Assembly: GCA_964016885.1 (NCBI GenBank)
Contig: OZ024742.1
Location: forward strand, 99,758,001-99,822,000
Direction of reading: 5' to 3'
DNA length: 64,000 nucleotides
From: Eledone cirrhosa
Lineage: Eukaryota
Part shown: piece by piece, positions 1 to 13,005 of the stretch
Layout: each line of letters opens with the position of its first letter
Numbering within the stretch: position 1 is the stretch's first letter
Translations under genes and position numbers: made by a program
Notes under the pieces: model-generated
The model's input: only the letters and a program-made list of their open reading frames with translations
Database searches by the model: none
Told to the model about the DNA's origin: nothing

Positions 1-815
1 GGAAATGGTGATGTCACGCAAAATGTCATTGAAACGGAAGTAGATAAACATAGTATTTCACCAACCAGCCATCTATCACAACAATATGTAGCCTATAACT
101 GACTTACACTCAACGTCTACTAACTATTTGGGAGATAATATTTTAAAATGTTTATAGCACCTTTACTAGTAGATAGACATTTGTGAATATATGCAATAAT
201 AGAGTAAGTAGTTCAATTTTTAATTTTTAACGTGGTGCAGTCATATTGCTGATTAGGGTTTTTGAGAGTAATTTTCTAGTGTGGTTTCCTATAGTACACG
301 ACAGTAAATAATGCCTCACTGTTGACGAAATATATTTCACTGTCTTTGAATTGAAAAATATTTATTTCCACAGATGGTACAAGAGTAGTGTAAGAATGAT
401 GGGTGTATTGGAGTGAATAGATCCCAAGATATTTCTACGTAATCTAGGCTAATGAATCCAGAGCGAGTGAATACATAACTGAATTTATAGCATGCCTATC
501 GATAGATCTTATGGGCAGAGTAATGATGTTAACGAGAATGATGATGACGACAAATACAAGAAGCATGATGGTGAAGATGTTAAAATGGTGATGATAATAT
601 GGGCGTCATATTAATGGTTGTGGTGATGGTGATCTTACTTGGGGTAATCATGATAATGATTATGAGGATGATGATGATAAATTCACACAGACAGACATAC
701 ACATGCCCAAACACAAGTAAATACATACGGTGATATGGACAATTATAATCGTCACATTACACAGATATTGACATGTAAACACACACGATTATATGCTTGT
801 ACGATTATATGCTTG

Positions 816-907
<92 letters not shown>

Positions 908-936
908 ATCTCTCTATCTCTCTCGCTCTCTCTCTC

Positions 937-1058
<122 letters not shown>

Positions 1059-1224
1059 CTCACAGACACAATAAACCAGATTCGCATACACATTTTTGCA
1101 TACACACACGCGAGTCGTTTAACACTTATGAATTACAAATATACACAAACATATACATGACATGAAAGTCAAAAGTAAGCACTCACACACAAATGTACAC
1201 ATATATATAAACAAGTGAACATAA

Positions 1225-1255
<31 letters not shown>

Positions 1256-1642
1256 TACATACACATTCAAACTCAGCCACAAACATTCAACACATACATA
1301 GAGAAATTTGACTATACTCGCACATATACATGCACATAGGAACATGCAGACGCGTACACGCATAAACATAAAGTTACACACTCGTGCACCTGAAGACACA
1401 CGCACAAGCAGGTATACAATAAGGACACCACAAACCCACACGCGCACATACACACGCATACATGCACATAAATACCGATCAATTCACGTATATGTGTCCG
1501 AATGATAAAAGTAGAAAAACAGGTTTCGGAATAGAAGCAAGCAACCTTGAGTTTGACTGATAGGACGACGAATAGATTTTAGTACAATGAAAACATAAGT
1601 AAATAATGCATATATATGTAAGGCATATATATATATATGTAA

Positions 1643-1751
<109 letters not shown>

Positions 1752-1799
1752 ACAGATATGTAACGGGTTTGTATATATATATACATATATATGTATGTA

Positions 1800-2089
1800 T
1801 CTAAAAAAAAGTCTTAAGCCAGAAAACTCATTTGGCCAGTGCTTATTCTGTTCCGGTTTCATGGCGTGAAGTGACTGTGAGTACAAGACTTTCCCTTGGA
1901 CAAAACACAAAACGCAAGTCCATCGCAGGGATTAACCCTCAGATATTGCTGGTACTCAACTCATTTTCAGTTGAGTATACTGGAGCAACGAGAAATGAAG
2001 TGTTTTGATCAAGAACACAACACGCAACCCAGGAATCGAACCCACTATATTATAATCGTAAGTCAAACGCCGTTACCACTAGGCCACGT
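1800..2089 (-). mobile_element. tRNA-derived SINE (family B)
   Basis: Minus strand has an A box (GTGGCCTAGTGG), a B box (GGTTCGATTCC) and the body 'gtgttcttgatcaaaacacttcatttc..gctccagt'. Similar copies lie at 20.1, 38.05 and 53.25 kb. Confidence 0.8.
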
Positions 2090-2099
2090 GTCTCCACTA

Positions 2100-2132
<33 letters not shown>

Positions 2133-2386
2133 TATATATATATATATATATTTAAAGGAATTTTTATCCAAGGAAAGAATAATTGGAGTAACTTCCAATA
2201 ACATCAATATAAACGATTCTTTCTTCTCTCAAGATTCCATACACATATCACTAATAACAATGTATATGCGTGCGTAAACTCACACATATATGTGGGAACT
2301 GTTATTCATTATTGTATAGATGAAACACTGTGTAAGATGTAAAGTTTGTTTTTAAATGTATTGGCTTCTCCTCCATTTATTCTGAT

Positions 2387-2422
<36 letters not shown>

Positions 2423-2429
<7 letters not shown>

Positions 2430-3340
2430 ATACTTGGGGAGGGTCATATTGTTGTAATAATATTGCCGGAAATAATAACAGAACACACTCACTGTTTGGT
2501 TTGTTTTCGCTTCTGTATCTTTTATATCTCCACAGTTAATTCATTCGGTCCTCAATGTTTACCATTGACTGACCAACGTTCAAAAATACAGATATAATAT
2601 AGATATAAACACATATATATAGTCTATCAAAGTTCTTTTGTTGCACATCTGCAACATCGTCAGTGGTGCTATTATATTCCTCCTGCTGTATTGTATATCT
2701 ACGCCATCTTTATTTTATCTGTTTATTTATTTATTTATTTTTGTCTTCTTCTCTGCGCATGGATTTGCGTGTGTCTATAATGTTTGGCGTGTGTTCGCGT
2801 TTGGGTGACTGTGTTTTGGTTATTGTATTCCATCTTAGTTTACTAGTGTGTGTTTATATGTGTTTGTTGTTATTGTGCTTGTGTTTTTATTTATTGATTT
2901 ATTTATATTTCTCTTAAGTCAGTATTGTTTGTTTGGTTGTTGTTATTCCATTCATTTTTTGTTTAGCTTTGGCCATCTAAATAAATAAATAAACAGATAA
3001 AATAAAGATGGCGTAGATATACAATACAACAGGAGGAACATAATAACACCACTGACGATGTTGCAGATGTGCAACGAAAGAACTTTGATAGACTATATAT
3101 ATGTGTTTATATCTATATTATACCTGTATTTTTGACCGTTGGTGAGTCAGTCGTAATCATTGAGGACTGAATGAATTAACTGTGGAGATATAAAAGTTAC
3201 AGAAGCGAAAACCAACCAAACAGTGAGTGTGTTCTTTTATTAATTCTGGCAATATTATTACAACAATATGACCCTCCCCAAGTATAACAATATTTGTTTC
3301 GACACAAGATTTCATATCAAAAATCTCGCAAAACAAAGAT
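2423..3340. mobile_element. Non-autonomous fold-back element (PLE pLTR-derived) with an HHR in each arm
   Basis: Arms ~2423-2740 and ~2975-3293 are reverse complements. The right arm has a tail to ~3340 and the flanks are TA-rich. Tail and arm match 61995-62100 at the 3' end of the PLE. Confidence 0.8.
3048..3089 (+). ncRNA. Type I hammerhead ribozyme (weak stem I)
   Basis: acca-CUGACGA-U-GUUGCA gaug UGCAAC-GAAA-GAAC-UU-ugau. The inverted copy at ~2625-2667 has GAAA changed to AAAA. Confidence 0.7.
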
Positions 3341-3485
3341 ATATATCCATATATTTATTTATATCAGAGTGTTGTAGTTTGCTTGAAGCATTGTTGAATA
3401 GGAAACACAAATTCTAATAATTTTGAAAACCATACAATGCATTAGAAAGAAAATCAATATTGTTAAGTTAAGAAAAGGATCTTAC

Positions 3486-3536
3486 CTTAGCGAATTTTGT
3501 AATCCCCAATATTTTCGGGTTATCAACGGAGTATCC
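3486..3536 (-). CDS. Candidate 51-nt internal exon (GYSVDNPKILGITKFAK) of an unidentified host gene
   Basis: Acceptor cttttatgtctctcatAG, donor AAG/GTAAG, length a multiple of 3, open frame. Confidence 0.4.
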
Positions 3537-4785
3537 CTATGAGAGACATAAAAGATCAATCGGTTTGGACTTGCTTGTTTAGAGAGCAGATTTAAGTTAA
3601 TTGAAATGATAAGATGTTAAAATTTCGAACGTGTGCGTTGTGAAATGTATGATATATAAATGTGGGTGCGCGAATGTAAGTGTACTTAGCGGGATGTTTG
3701 TATGTGTGTGCATGAATATAAGTTTATGTAGTGAAAGTTGTATGCGAATATGTATATAATAAAAAAGGGAAAAAATGTGTACTATATATGTATGTGTGTG
3801 TGTGAGTCTAAGTTTGTTTGCCTAGTGAAGACATAGATTTAATTTGAAAGAAAGAATGAACCACAAGGAAATACGTATTTGTTAGGCTACCCATTCACTC
3901 TTAGTAGTATTCTGAAATGGGCTTTGAGAGTGGGTAATTGAGGCTTTATAGCTCACTTCTTAATAAATATCTTAACTAACTACCAACACGAGTGCTAATT
4001 ATATGCAAATTACTACGTCCATTTCAGAACACTATTAAGAGCGAATGGATATGTTGTCCTTATATAGGGTTTGCACAATATTGCTTTCGGTTCCCCCATT
4101 CTTCGTTGTTTTTCATAAATAGAATAAACAATATGAAAATACATATTCTATTTCTTCATTTTTTGTTTCATTTTACTGGAGTCGCAGCCTATTTTGTATT
4201 ATATATTAAATTCTTCAATCTTTCCAGCTACAGGGAAATAGGGATATTTGGCAAGTTTTCATAATCAATATATATATATATACTCGTGCACGTTAGATTT
4301 GAAATGTTGTAGGCATAGTTAATTTATATATATTTTTTATTAATACATTTATATATTTATTTATTTATTTACGGTTCGTCACAGTGCCAAACGGATACAT
4401 CCATATTAACCCCTCATATGACGTGTATTATGCCGGTTTGATATGTAGCTACTAACAATATGCAAAAGAGCACCTCTCTTTTACTGGTACTACGATATTT
4501 GGTGGGCTTTGTAACGCCATTAATTACGTATTTCTTTGTGGTAGATAAATAGTGTTGACAAGTTTTCAAAGATCCCGATAGAGATAAAAAGAAATAGCTA
4601 TTAAGGTTGTTCATCCAATTTTCTATCTACAAAGATATGTCTAAATATGACATCACTATCTGCACAGTAATATTTATATTATAAATGAAAAAAAAACACA
4701 AAACGCAGGAGGCAGTTTTACGCAGTTATATTAGGTTCACTCTTAGAGAAAGAGTGTGTGTGAGAGAGAGAGAGCATGTGTGTGT

Positions 4786-4902
<117 letters not shown>

Positions 4903-6247
4903 CGAAAGTGTGTGAAAGTGTACGAGTTGAAAACCTAATAACGCTTTAAATATTATATAATTTTATTGTTATCTTTCTCTGAATTTGTATCTAAAGACAA
5001 TTTACTGTCGCATAGATACGTAGAAGAATGTAAAAAATATGATGAAATATGCAGGCAGCCAGATAGATATACAATCATGTTGACTGCTTTTGGCAATTGC
5101 CCATGGTTACTGAGAGCATATTATCAATATTTAACAGTTGCATGTAGAAATTAACCGCCAATCAAAAGAGTCGTCAGGTCAATGTTGAACTTAATGGCTT
5201 CCGCGTAGAAGGAGAGTTATTCAGGTTTTACATCGTCTTGATGGGAAGTTGACTGGTTTAAAGCTAGGTGTATTCTGTCAGTGCTAACTGAATACTTACT
5301 TCCTCACCATCACATTCATTTTTGTTGTTGTTTCATTGTCCCAGTGGATAGACTGGCAAATTAGCTGCCCCGGAATGTAGCGAAAGCGATGCACTGGAAG
5401 TGCCAGCTCTCGTTACCCAGTTCATTCTTGTAGATTACTATCTACGTGCCAATCTCAGTAAGCAGTTGTCTCAGAGTTGTCCAATGTGGGCTGACCTATT
5501 CTGCATGAATTTTCATAAAATTTGTCTTTCTTCTTTGAAGATATCCTTCTCTTTCTAATATTCTTACAATCTTCAATAGTTGGTCAATTTGGCGTAGAGG
5601 CTAGAGCGTTGAATATTTGTTATGGAACTCTGTGTTCTGAATTCAAATCCCGCTGATGGCCACTTTGTCTTTCTTCGTTCACTATCGATGAACATGTATC
5701 AGACAAGAGTTGAGCAACTCTCTTTCTTTCCAAATGTCACATCCTGGATTTTCAGAGGAACTTCGGATGGGATGTCAAGAGTGTGACTGTGTCTGCTCCC
5801 GACTGCATGGGCAGCTAAAATACTTGAATTATATTAAACTCATACTCGTTTGCAATTTGTGACCGACGTTTTTACTGTTCCCCAATAGTATTCAATTAAG
5901 CATTCTATCCATTGTTTCCTTATTGTAACACGACGACAAGGGACACTAATTGTGGCCAGTGGAGAGATTTCTTGGTTTCCTGCGTTCCTCATGAAATCGA
6001 TGCAAAATGTCTTCGGTCATACACGGAACTGCAACTGTTTATGCAACAATGGTGGCTGTTGAAAAAGCAACCTCTGAAACTTTTGGTGATGGTTCGGCTA
6101 GTGCTTTCTCAGTCTCCCTCTCTTTTTCTTTCTATCTTTCTCTCACTGTCATACAATATTTCTCTTACTCTTTCTTTCTTACACTTTCCCTCTTTCATTT
6201 TCTCTCTCTATCTCTCTCTTTCTCTCTCTATATATATATATATATTT

Positions 6248-6699
6248 AGGTTTGTTGGTTCACCACCGGATAGAATTGGTCATTCCGTATGGTCAATCTT
6301 GATGCAATATTATGGAAAGTACTCAACGTAGTGCAGTTCACCCGTCTTCGTTTGTGTAGTTGGTGGTGCGAATACGGAGTTATTTATTATGAATAAAATA
6401 ACAGGAGGCTGGACTGGTGTAAATCCTTGAAAAGTATATTATGCTATGATCATTTCAATGACCGGGTTCCGTATGAATACGGTGATATCATCAAGTATTC
6501 GAAATATAACAAAGGAATATATAAAGTCGTCCTCTCTGTCATTGATTTTCCGACCCATGAATGTTTATATGTTCCTTTGTTATATTTCGAATACCTGATG
6601 ATATCACCGGATTCATACGGAACCCGGTCATTGAAATGATCATAGTATAATAAACTTTTCAAGGATTTACACCAGTCCAGCCTCCTGTTATTTTATTCA

Positions 6700-6703
<4 letters not shown>
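6248..6703. mobile_element. Fold-back HHR element in (TA)n
   Basis: Arms ~6386-6525 and ~6565-6703 are near-perfect inverted repeats. The left arm has a ~140-bp tail and there is (TA)n on both sides. Confidence 0.85.
6591..6648 (+). ncRNA. Type I hammerhead ribozyme
   Basis: auac-CUGAUGA-..ACCGG..CCGGU..-GAAA-UGAUCA-UA^-guau, with palindromic loop III. The inverted copy at 6441-6498 reads UUGAUGA. Confidence 0.85.
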
Positions 6704-6755
<52 letters not shown>

Positions 6756-6934
6756 GGATAACCAAGGATGAGGGTTCGACTCCCATGTACGTCAATGCTC
6801 ATCTTTTTCCATTTCTCCGAGGGTTCTTAACCCCACTATCAGGCTAAATAATTTCTTTAATTTCTTTAGTCAAAATACGGCGATACCTTACATTTATAAT
6901 AATTTCAAACCCGCTCGCTGTTTCGAAAATATTC

Positions 6935-6959
6935 TTAAATATATATATATAATATATAT

Positions 6960-7004
<45 letters not shown>

Positions 7005-7040
7005 TATATAATATATATATATATAATATATATATATAAT

Positions 7041-7136
<96 letters not shown>

Positions 7137-7159
7137 TATATATATAATATATATATATA

Positions 7160-7226
<67 letters not shown>

Positions 7227-7295
7227 TATATATGTATAATATAAATATATATATAATATAAATATATATATAATATAGATATATATATAATATAG

Positions 7296-7338
<43 letters not shown>

Positions 7339-7443
7339 TATATATATAATATAGATATATATATATATAATATATAATATATATATATATAATATATATA
7401 TAATATATATATATAATATATATATCTATCTATATATATAATA
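6935..7443. repeat. Long imperfect (TA)n tract
   Basis: Direct reading. It is one of dozens of TA tracts in the window. Confidence 0.95.
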
Positions 7444-7496
7444 ACGAATAAGTAAAAGCGAAGTAGTTTCAGATGTTCAAGTCCTTTAATAATAAT

Positions 7497-7570
7497 GCTG
7501 TGATATATATTTCAATGACGACACTGGCCACACTGTTCTGTGTGCGAGTGTCGTGACATCATCAGACAGC
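7497..7570 (-). ncRNA. Type I hammerhead ribozyme (left arm)
   Basis: Reverse complement of 7723-7796 with an intact core. Confidence 0.85.
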
Positions 7571-7722
7571 CTGTTACATAATAAGGTTGTTTCCGAGGCA
7601 ATCCAAATTGAATCGACATGGGAACGGAGGAAAAGGCACGAACGGATGAAAGGCACGAACTTCATCCGTTCCCATGTCGATTCAATTTGGATTGCCTCGG
7701 AAACAACCTTATTATGTAACAG

Positions 7723-7796
7723 GCTGTCTGATGATGTCACGACACTCGCACACAGAACAGTGTGACCAGTGTCGTAATTGAAATATATATCACAGC
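7723..7796 (+). ncRNA. Type I hammerhead ribozyme (right arm)
   Basis: gcugu-CUGAUGA-..ACGACACU..AGUGUCGU..-GAAA-UAUAUA-UC^-acagc, with a perfect 5-bp stem I. Confidence 0.9.
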
Positions 7797-7924
7797 ATTA
7801 TTATTAAAGGACTTGAACATCTGAAACTACTTCGCTTTTACTTATTCGATACTTACTCTGTCACTCCTATGTGGAAAAAGTACGTTGAGTGCTTGAATTG
7901 AATTGCATCAATATTTACCCTAAT

Positions 7925-8000
<76 letters not shown>

Positions 8001-8015
8001 ATATATATAATATAC

Positions 8016-8930
8016 GTGGGAAAGTAAGAAATCGGAGATTAGACCGTTAAAACATGTTTATTTAAAACAGCACCTACGTACGTTTCGCCCAGTTGGGCTT
8101 CTCAAGGGCATAAATAATCAAAAGTGTTCCTTACATTGCTCGGAAAGAGTTTTCGGGGTTAAATCCACGTCAAGGTTCATTGCTCGCAAAAATAGCTTGT
8201 TTTGATTTTGCAGCAGGTCAAGGGAGGTAACTCTGGCCGGTGTTAGGGCAGTCTTTCCCGGACTAATTTTTTTATCTGCTACGAGATGAGGTTACAACCT
8301 TACCATTGTCGATACGCATGTAATCAACGCTTATTTTGAGAGTTTTTTTCTTTTCTTTTTTTTAGCTGCATCGGTTTGTCTGAGTCGTTTGAGACTGGGT
8401 CTGGTATGCAGGAAACTATCCTTGCATACCAGACCCAGCCTCAAACGACTCAGACAAACAGATGCAGCTAAAAAAAAAAAAAAAAAACTCTCAAAATAAG
8501 CGTTGATTACATGCATATCGACAATGGTAAGGTTGTAACCTCATCTCGTAACGGATAAAAAAATTTGTCCGGGAAAGACTGCCCTAACACCGGCCAGAGT
8601 TACCTCTCCCTTGACCTGCTGCAAAATCAAAACAAGCTATTTTTGCGAGCAATGAACCTTGACGTGGATTTAACCCCAAAAACTCTTTCCGAGCAATGTA
8701 AGGAACACTTTTGATTATTTATGCCCTTGAGAAGCCCAACTGGGCGAGACGTACGTAGGTGCTGTTTTAAATAAACATGTTTTAACGGTCTATTCTCCGA
8801 TTTCTTACATTCCCACTTGCTTACGCTCTGCTAATTCTCTAGCCCACTAAATATTAACACTTCGAATATTTAATACTGCCGGCACTAGTATCGATCACCT
8901 TTGGCATACGCTACTTGGCAAATAACTATA
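8016..8930. mobile_element. ~800-bp palindromic fold-back element with a variant HHR
   Basis: Arms ~8016-8412 and ~8423-8816 are nearly identical with an apex near 8417. The right arm has a ~110-bp tail and the flanks are TA. Confidence 0.9.
8070..8110 (-). ncRNA. Hammerhead ribozyme, U3-A8 variant
   Basis: ugccc-UUGAGAA-GCCC aacu GGGC-GAAA-CGUACG-UA^-ggugc. The right-arm copy at 8722-8762 has GAGA in place of GAAA. Confidence 0.75.
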
Positions 8931-9097
8931 TGTATCACCTATCTCCCCCCTTTTTTTTCTCTCTCTCGATACGTAAATACTGTATATATAATATATATAT
9001 ATATATAATATATATATATATAATATATATATATAATATATATATATATAATATATATATATATATAATATATATATATATATAATATATATAATAT

Positions 9098-9129
<32 letters not shown>

Positions 9130-9136
9130 ATATATA

Positions 9137-11170
9137 TACTCTTTTACTCTTTTACCTGTTTCAGCCATCCAGCTGAGGCCATGCTGGGGCACCGCCCTTG
9201 TTGCTACACATTTTATCTCCAGCCTGTATAGGTTGGCCACTGGTGTAAGAGGGAGTTTGTTGCTGCTGCCCTTAGGTTTCCCTCGTGTCTTGCTGTGGGC
9301 TCATCCGGGATCCTGGATAACAAGGTGTCGAGATGTTTCTTAAAGACATCCACCTCCACGTCATGCAAGTCTCTCATATCCCTCGGCAGCCTGTTGAAGA
9401 GTTGAGGGCCCTTGAATCCCAGGCTATTGCAATACCTGCTCCTTATTCTAGATGTGGAAGACGGGACCTTTGGCACCACACAGTGACGTCCTGTTCGACG
9501 GTTGGTCCAGCTCCCAATGCCAAAGTTTGGTGCTAGTCCCTCCAGGATTTTCCACATGTAGATCACTGCGTATCTCTCCCGTCTTCGCTCCAATGAGTAG
9601 AGGTTCAGTTCCTTTAGCCTCTCCCAGTAGCTTGTCTCCCTCATCTTGGCAATCCTCTTGGTGTAGCTTCGCTGGATTGCCTCAAGCTCCATGGTTAGTC
9701 TGACACTATGGGGTGACCACAACTGGGAGCAGTAGTCCAGGCGGCTTAGGACAAATGTCCTCCATAGTGTCAACATGGTATCTCGATCTCTTGTCCGGAA
9801 AGTCCTTAAGATCCAGCCAGCGAGTCGTCTGCACATTGTCGCCACCTTCATGATGTGTGAAGAAAAAGATACATCATCGTTCATGTCTATGCCCAAGTCT
9901 CGTATCGATTTTGACACGGGGATATCGGTCCCTCCTGGTCCTGTGTAGCTGTGTTCCACTATATTTGTGTTTGCAGGTTTGTATTGTAGGGCTTGGAATT
10001 TGCCAGCATTAAACTGCATGTTGTTTTCTTCCGCCCATTTGTATATGGCATCCAGATCCTGCTGTAAAAGGGCAGCGTCAGCCGGGTTTTTGATTGCCTG
10101 TGCTACCTTAGTGTCATCAGCAGAGCTAGTGAGGGATGTTGTTGCATGCACCACAGAGGGCATGTCCGAGAGAGCCACCAAAAACAGTAGTGGTCCCAGG
10201 ACTGTCCCCTGGGACACCCCATTTGTTATTGGTGTTTCCCTCGAGAGGGCCCCATTTGCTGCGACTGCCTGGCTTCTGTCCATTAGGAAGCCATGCAGCC
10301 ACTCACCTACTTTTCCAGTTATGCCGAGTCCGTGTAGTTTGTGACATATCATTCCGTGGTAGACCTTGTCAAAGGCCTTCGCAAAGTCAAGATATATCAC
10401 GTCCACATGTGAGCTGTCTAGTAGTTGTCTCAGTACCCAGTCGTAGTGATGTAGCAGCTGTGTAAGGCAGTTTCTTCCTGGGCGGAAGCCATGTTGCGTG
10501 CTAGTCAGGCGGTCATTTTCCTCGAGGAAAGTGATTAGTTTCTTTCTGACGACTCGCTCCATGACCTTACTGATATGCGACGTCAGGGAGACTGGCCTAT
10601 AGTTCTTGGCATCCGCTCTACTACCTCCTTTATGGATAGGGCATATTGTGCCTTCTTTCAGCTCCATGGGTAGTACACCGCTAGCCAAGGAGCTTCTGAA
10701 GAGCATCTTCAGTGGAGTTGCTAAGGCCCGCTTACATATTTTTAAGAGAACTGCTGCGACTCCATCAGGTCCAGCAGCCGAGTCTGTTCTAATTTCATCA
10801 ATGGCGTACACCACATCCTCCTCCGTTATGTCTATGTTGTTGATGGTTGCCATTTCTTGATGTAGTGTTGTGGCATCAAAAAACTCCTCTGGCTTCGTTA
10901 TTTGCATGTGCCTCAGTGGACATGTGAATACACTTTTGTACTGTTCGTTCAGTATTTCACATATCTCTTGGGGGTTTTCGGTTAATGAACCGTCCGTATG
11001 GAAGAGTGGCCCAATCTTGCAGTGTACTGAGGCAGTTTCTTTTGCAAATTTAAAGAAGGCCTTGGGGTTTGTTTTAATGTTTTCTATGGCCCTGTTCTCT
11101 TTCTTTGCCCTCTCATTCTCATGGGAAAGCTTGAGTGCAATCTCGGTGCCAAGTAATGCACATTTCAAAT
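9137..11170 (-). mobile_element. 5'-truncated CR1/L2-group LINE; ORF2 RT and C-terminal region (ORF 9213-11168)
   Basis: Motifs [39 protein letters not shown] (YADD mutated) and SLERRRERY. The 3' tail ends in (AAAAGAGT)2 within (TA)n. Confidence 0.92.
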
Positions 11171-11218
11171 AGGATTCCTTGTTTATGTATATATATATAT
11201 AATATATATATATACATA

Positions 11219-11258
<40 letters not shown>

Positions 11259-11265
11259 GTATATG

Positions 11266-11424
<159 letters not shown>

Positions 11425-11428
11425 AGAT

Positions 11429-11462
<34 letters not shown>

Positions 11463-11473
11463 ATATGCATATA

Positions 11474-11546
<73 letters not shown>

Positions 11547-11689
11547 TAACAGATTAAAGTTTAAGCAAAGAATCGCTGCTTTCACCCTTAACGGGATCTT
11601 CTGAAACTAACGAAGTCAATCTGTGAACGCAGAAGTGAATATTTCAAAAAACGTTGTTGCCGGGGGAAGACAGGAAGACGATACTTTGG

Positions 11690-11970
11690 TTCGTGGAAAC
11701 GTTCCCTGGCAAAGAACGGGAAAAAACGAATATAATACGTTATTATTTGGAGCGGTGAAGAACAATTACACGCAAAGACAGAACCACGTTTATGGTATAA
11801 AAGAAGTGGTAGACTAATATTTTATTAGGTGGTTCATAGAGACGTTCTCTGGCAATGAACGGAAACAACGAAGATAATACGTCATATGCGGAGCGGGGAG
11901 AACAATTGCACGCAAAGACAAAACCACGTAAATGGTATAACTGAAGTCGTAGACTAAAATTCTAATTAGG
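11690..11970. repeat. Diverged tandem duplication, unit ~140 bp
   Basis: 'gttc.ctggcaa.gaacgg..ataatacgt..ggagcgg..gaacaatt.cacgcaaagaca.aaccacgt..atggtataa..gtagactaa' occurs twice. Confidence 0.8.
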
Positions 11971-12189
11971 AAACCGACTGATTCTCGGCTTCAGAGTTAA
12001 GAATAAAGTAAATAAAATACAGAGGTAATAGAAATTAAATAAATACATGCATGCATCCATATACGTACATTTACACATGCATACGCGGAAACACTCTCCA
12101 TAGGTATACAATTACACGCACATACACACTAAAAAAAAAAATTATAAAAAAACCGCACGCACATACAGAACCCATATATATATATATTA

Positions 12190-12892
12190 GAAAGTGAGGT
12201 TCTATTTACAAAATGAAAAATAACCGAGGTGTCCTACACGAGTGAAAGTATAAAGAAAAAAAGATGAAATCGAAAATGCAACTGGAGTCTTATTTTTTTA
12301 AAAATTATATATATTTATTTGGTTCCTTTACCGGTTTCGCAGTTCTTCTGCTTATTAAAAGTAGAGTTGAGATGGAGGGTCTGTGGTTTTTCTCACATCT
12401 GGTTGGTCTCTGAATGTTACTTGTTTTATATGGAAAAAAGTCACTCGAAATGCCAGGTTTTTAGAGAAGTAATTTGATTGGTTGGTCAATAATTATAATA
12501 AATTTCGCGCCAGTTCGCGTTACAAAGTCCTTCAAACAAGGGGGGGGGGCACAGGTTTTTTTTTCATATATGAGTGTTTGAATTTCTTCTTACTTAAAAA
12601 AAGGGAGGCTCACGAAGGCTGTTTTTAAATAAACGTAATTTGATTGGTTATAAATGAAATTATGGCTGTCACGTGAACAAGTTTTCATTAAATTTTCGCG
12701 CCCTTATTTGGAAATCTATTCTGTAGCCTTTTTAGAGAATTTTATGACAAGCAAAAGATAATGGTCAAGAGAAATTGGATGGGAGAATTGTTCTGGTTCA
12801 GTGAATATGGTTAGTTCGCTGGGGTGTCAGGGGTGTCAGAATTCAGATTTTCTATTGAAATAAAGTAAAGATATGTATGTTTATTTGGGTGC

Positions 12893-12937
<45 letters not shown>

Positions 12938-12985
12938 AATTTCTTTTTATTTAAAAAAAGGGGCTCACGAAGGCTTTTTTTTAAT
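12190..12985 (-). mobile_element. pLTR-like repeat in (TA)n, same family as 50225-50417
   Basis: 12190-12400 is the diverged reverse complement of 50225-50417 and has a decayed HHR at ~12325-12362. 'ggctcacgaaggct' is repeated internally at ~12608 and ~12962. Confidence 0.65.
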
Positions 12986-13005
12986 AATATATATATATAT
13001 ATATA

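Larger units (their letters stand above)
7445..7922. mobile_element. Fold-back HHR element in (TA)n
   Basis: Arms ~7445-7628 and ~7665-7848 are almost identical inverted repeats. The right arm has a ~75-bp tail and the flanks are TA. Confidence 0.9.

Noticed and set aside
6751-6800. tRNA genes suggested by GGTTCGA B boxes (also 13515, 41520, 53295)
   Set aside because: No complete cloverleaf is present; they are SINE heads or relics.
6427-7765. Mirror-image ORF pairs on both strands (6427/6450, 7486/7553)
   Set aside because: They are by-products of the palindromes and have no protein features.
9213-11168. 651-aa ORF as an active RT gene
   Set aside because: It is 5'-truncated with no endonuclease, and YADD is changed to SADD.
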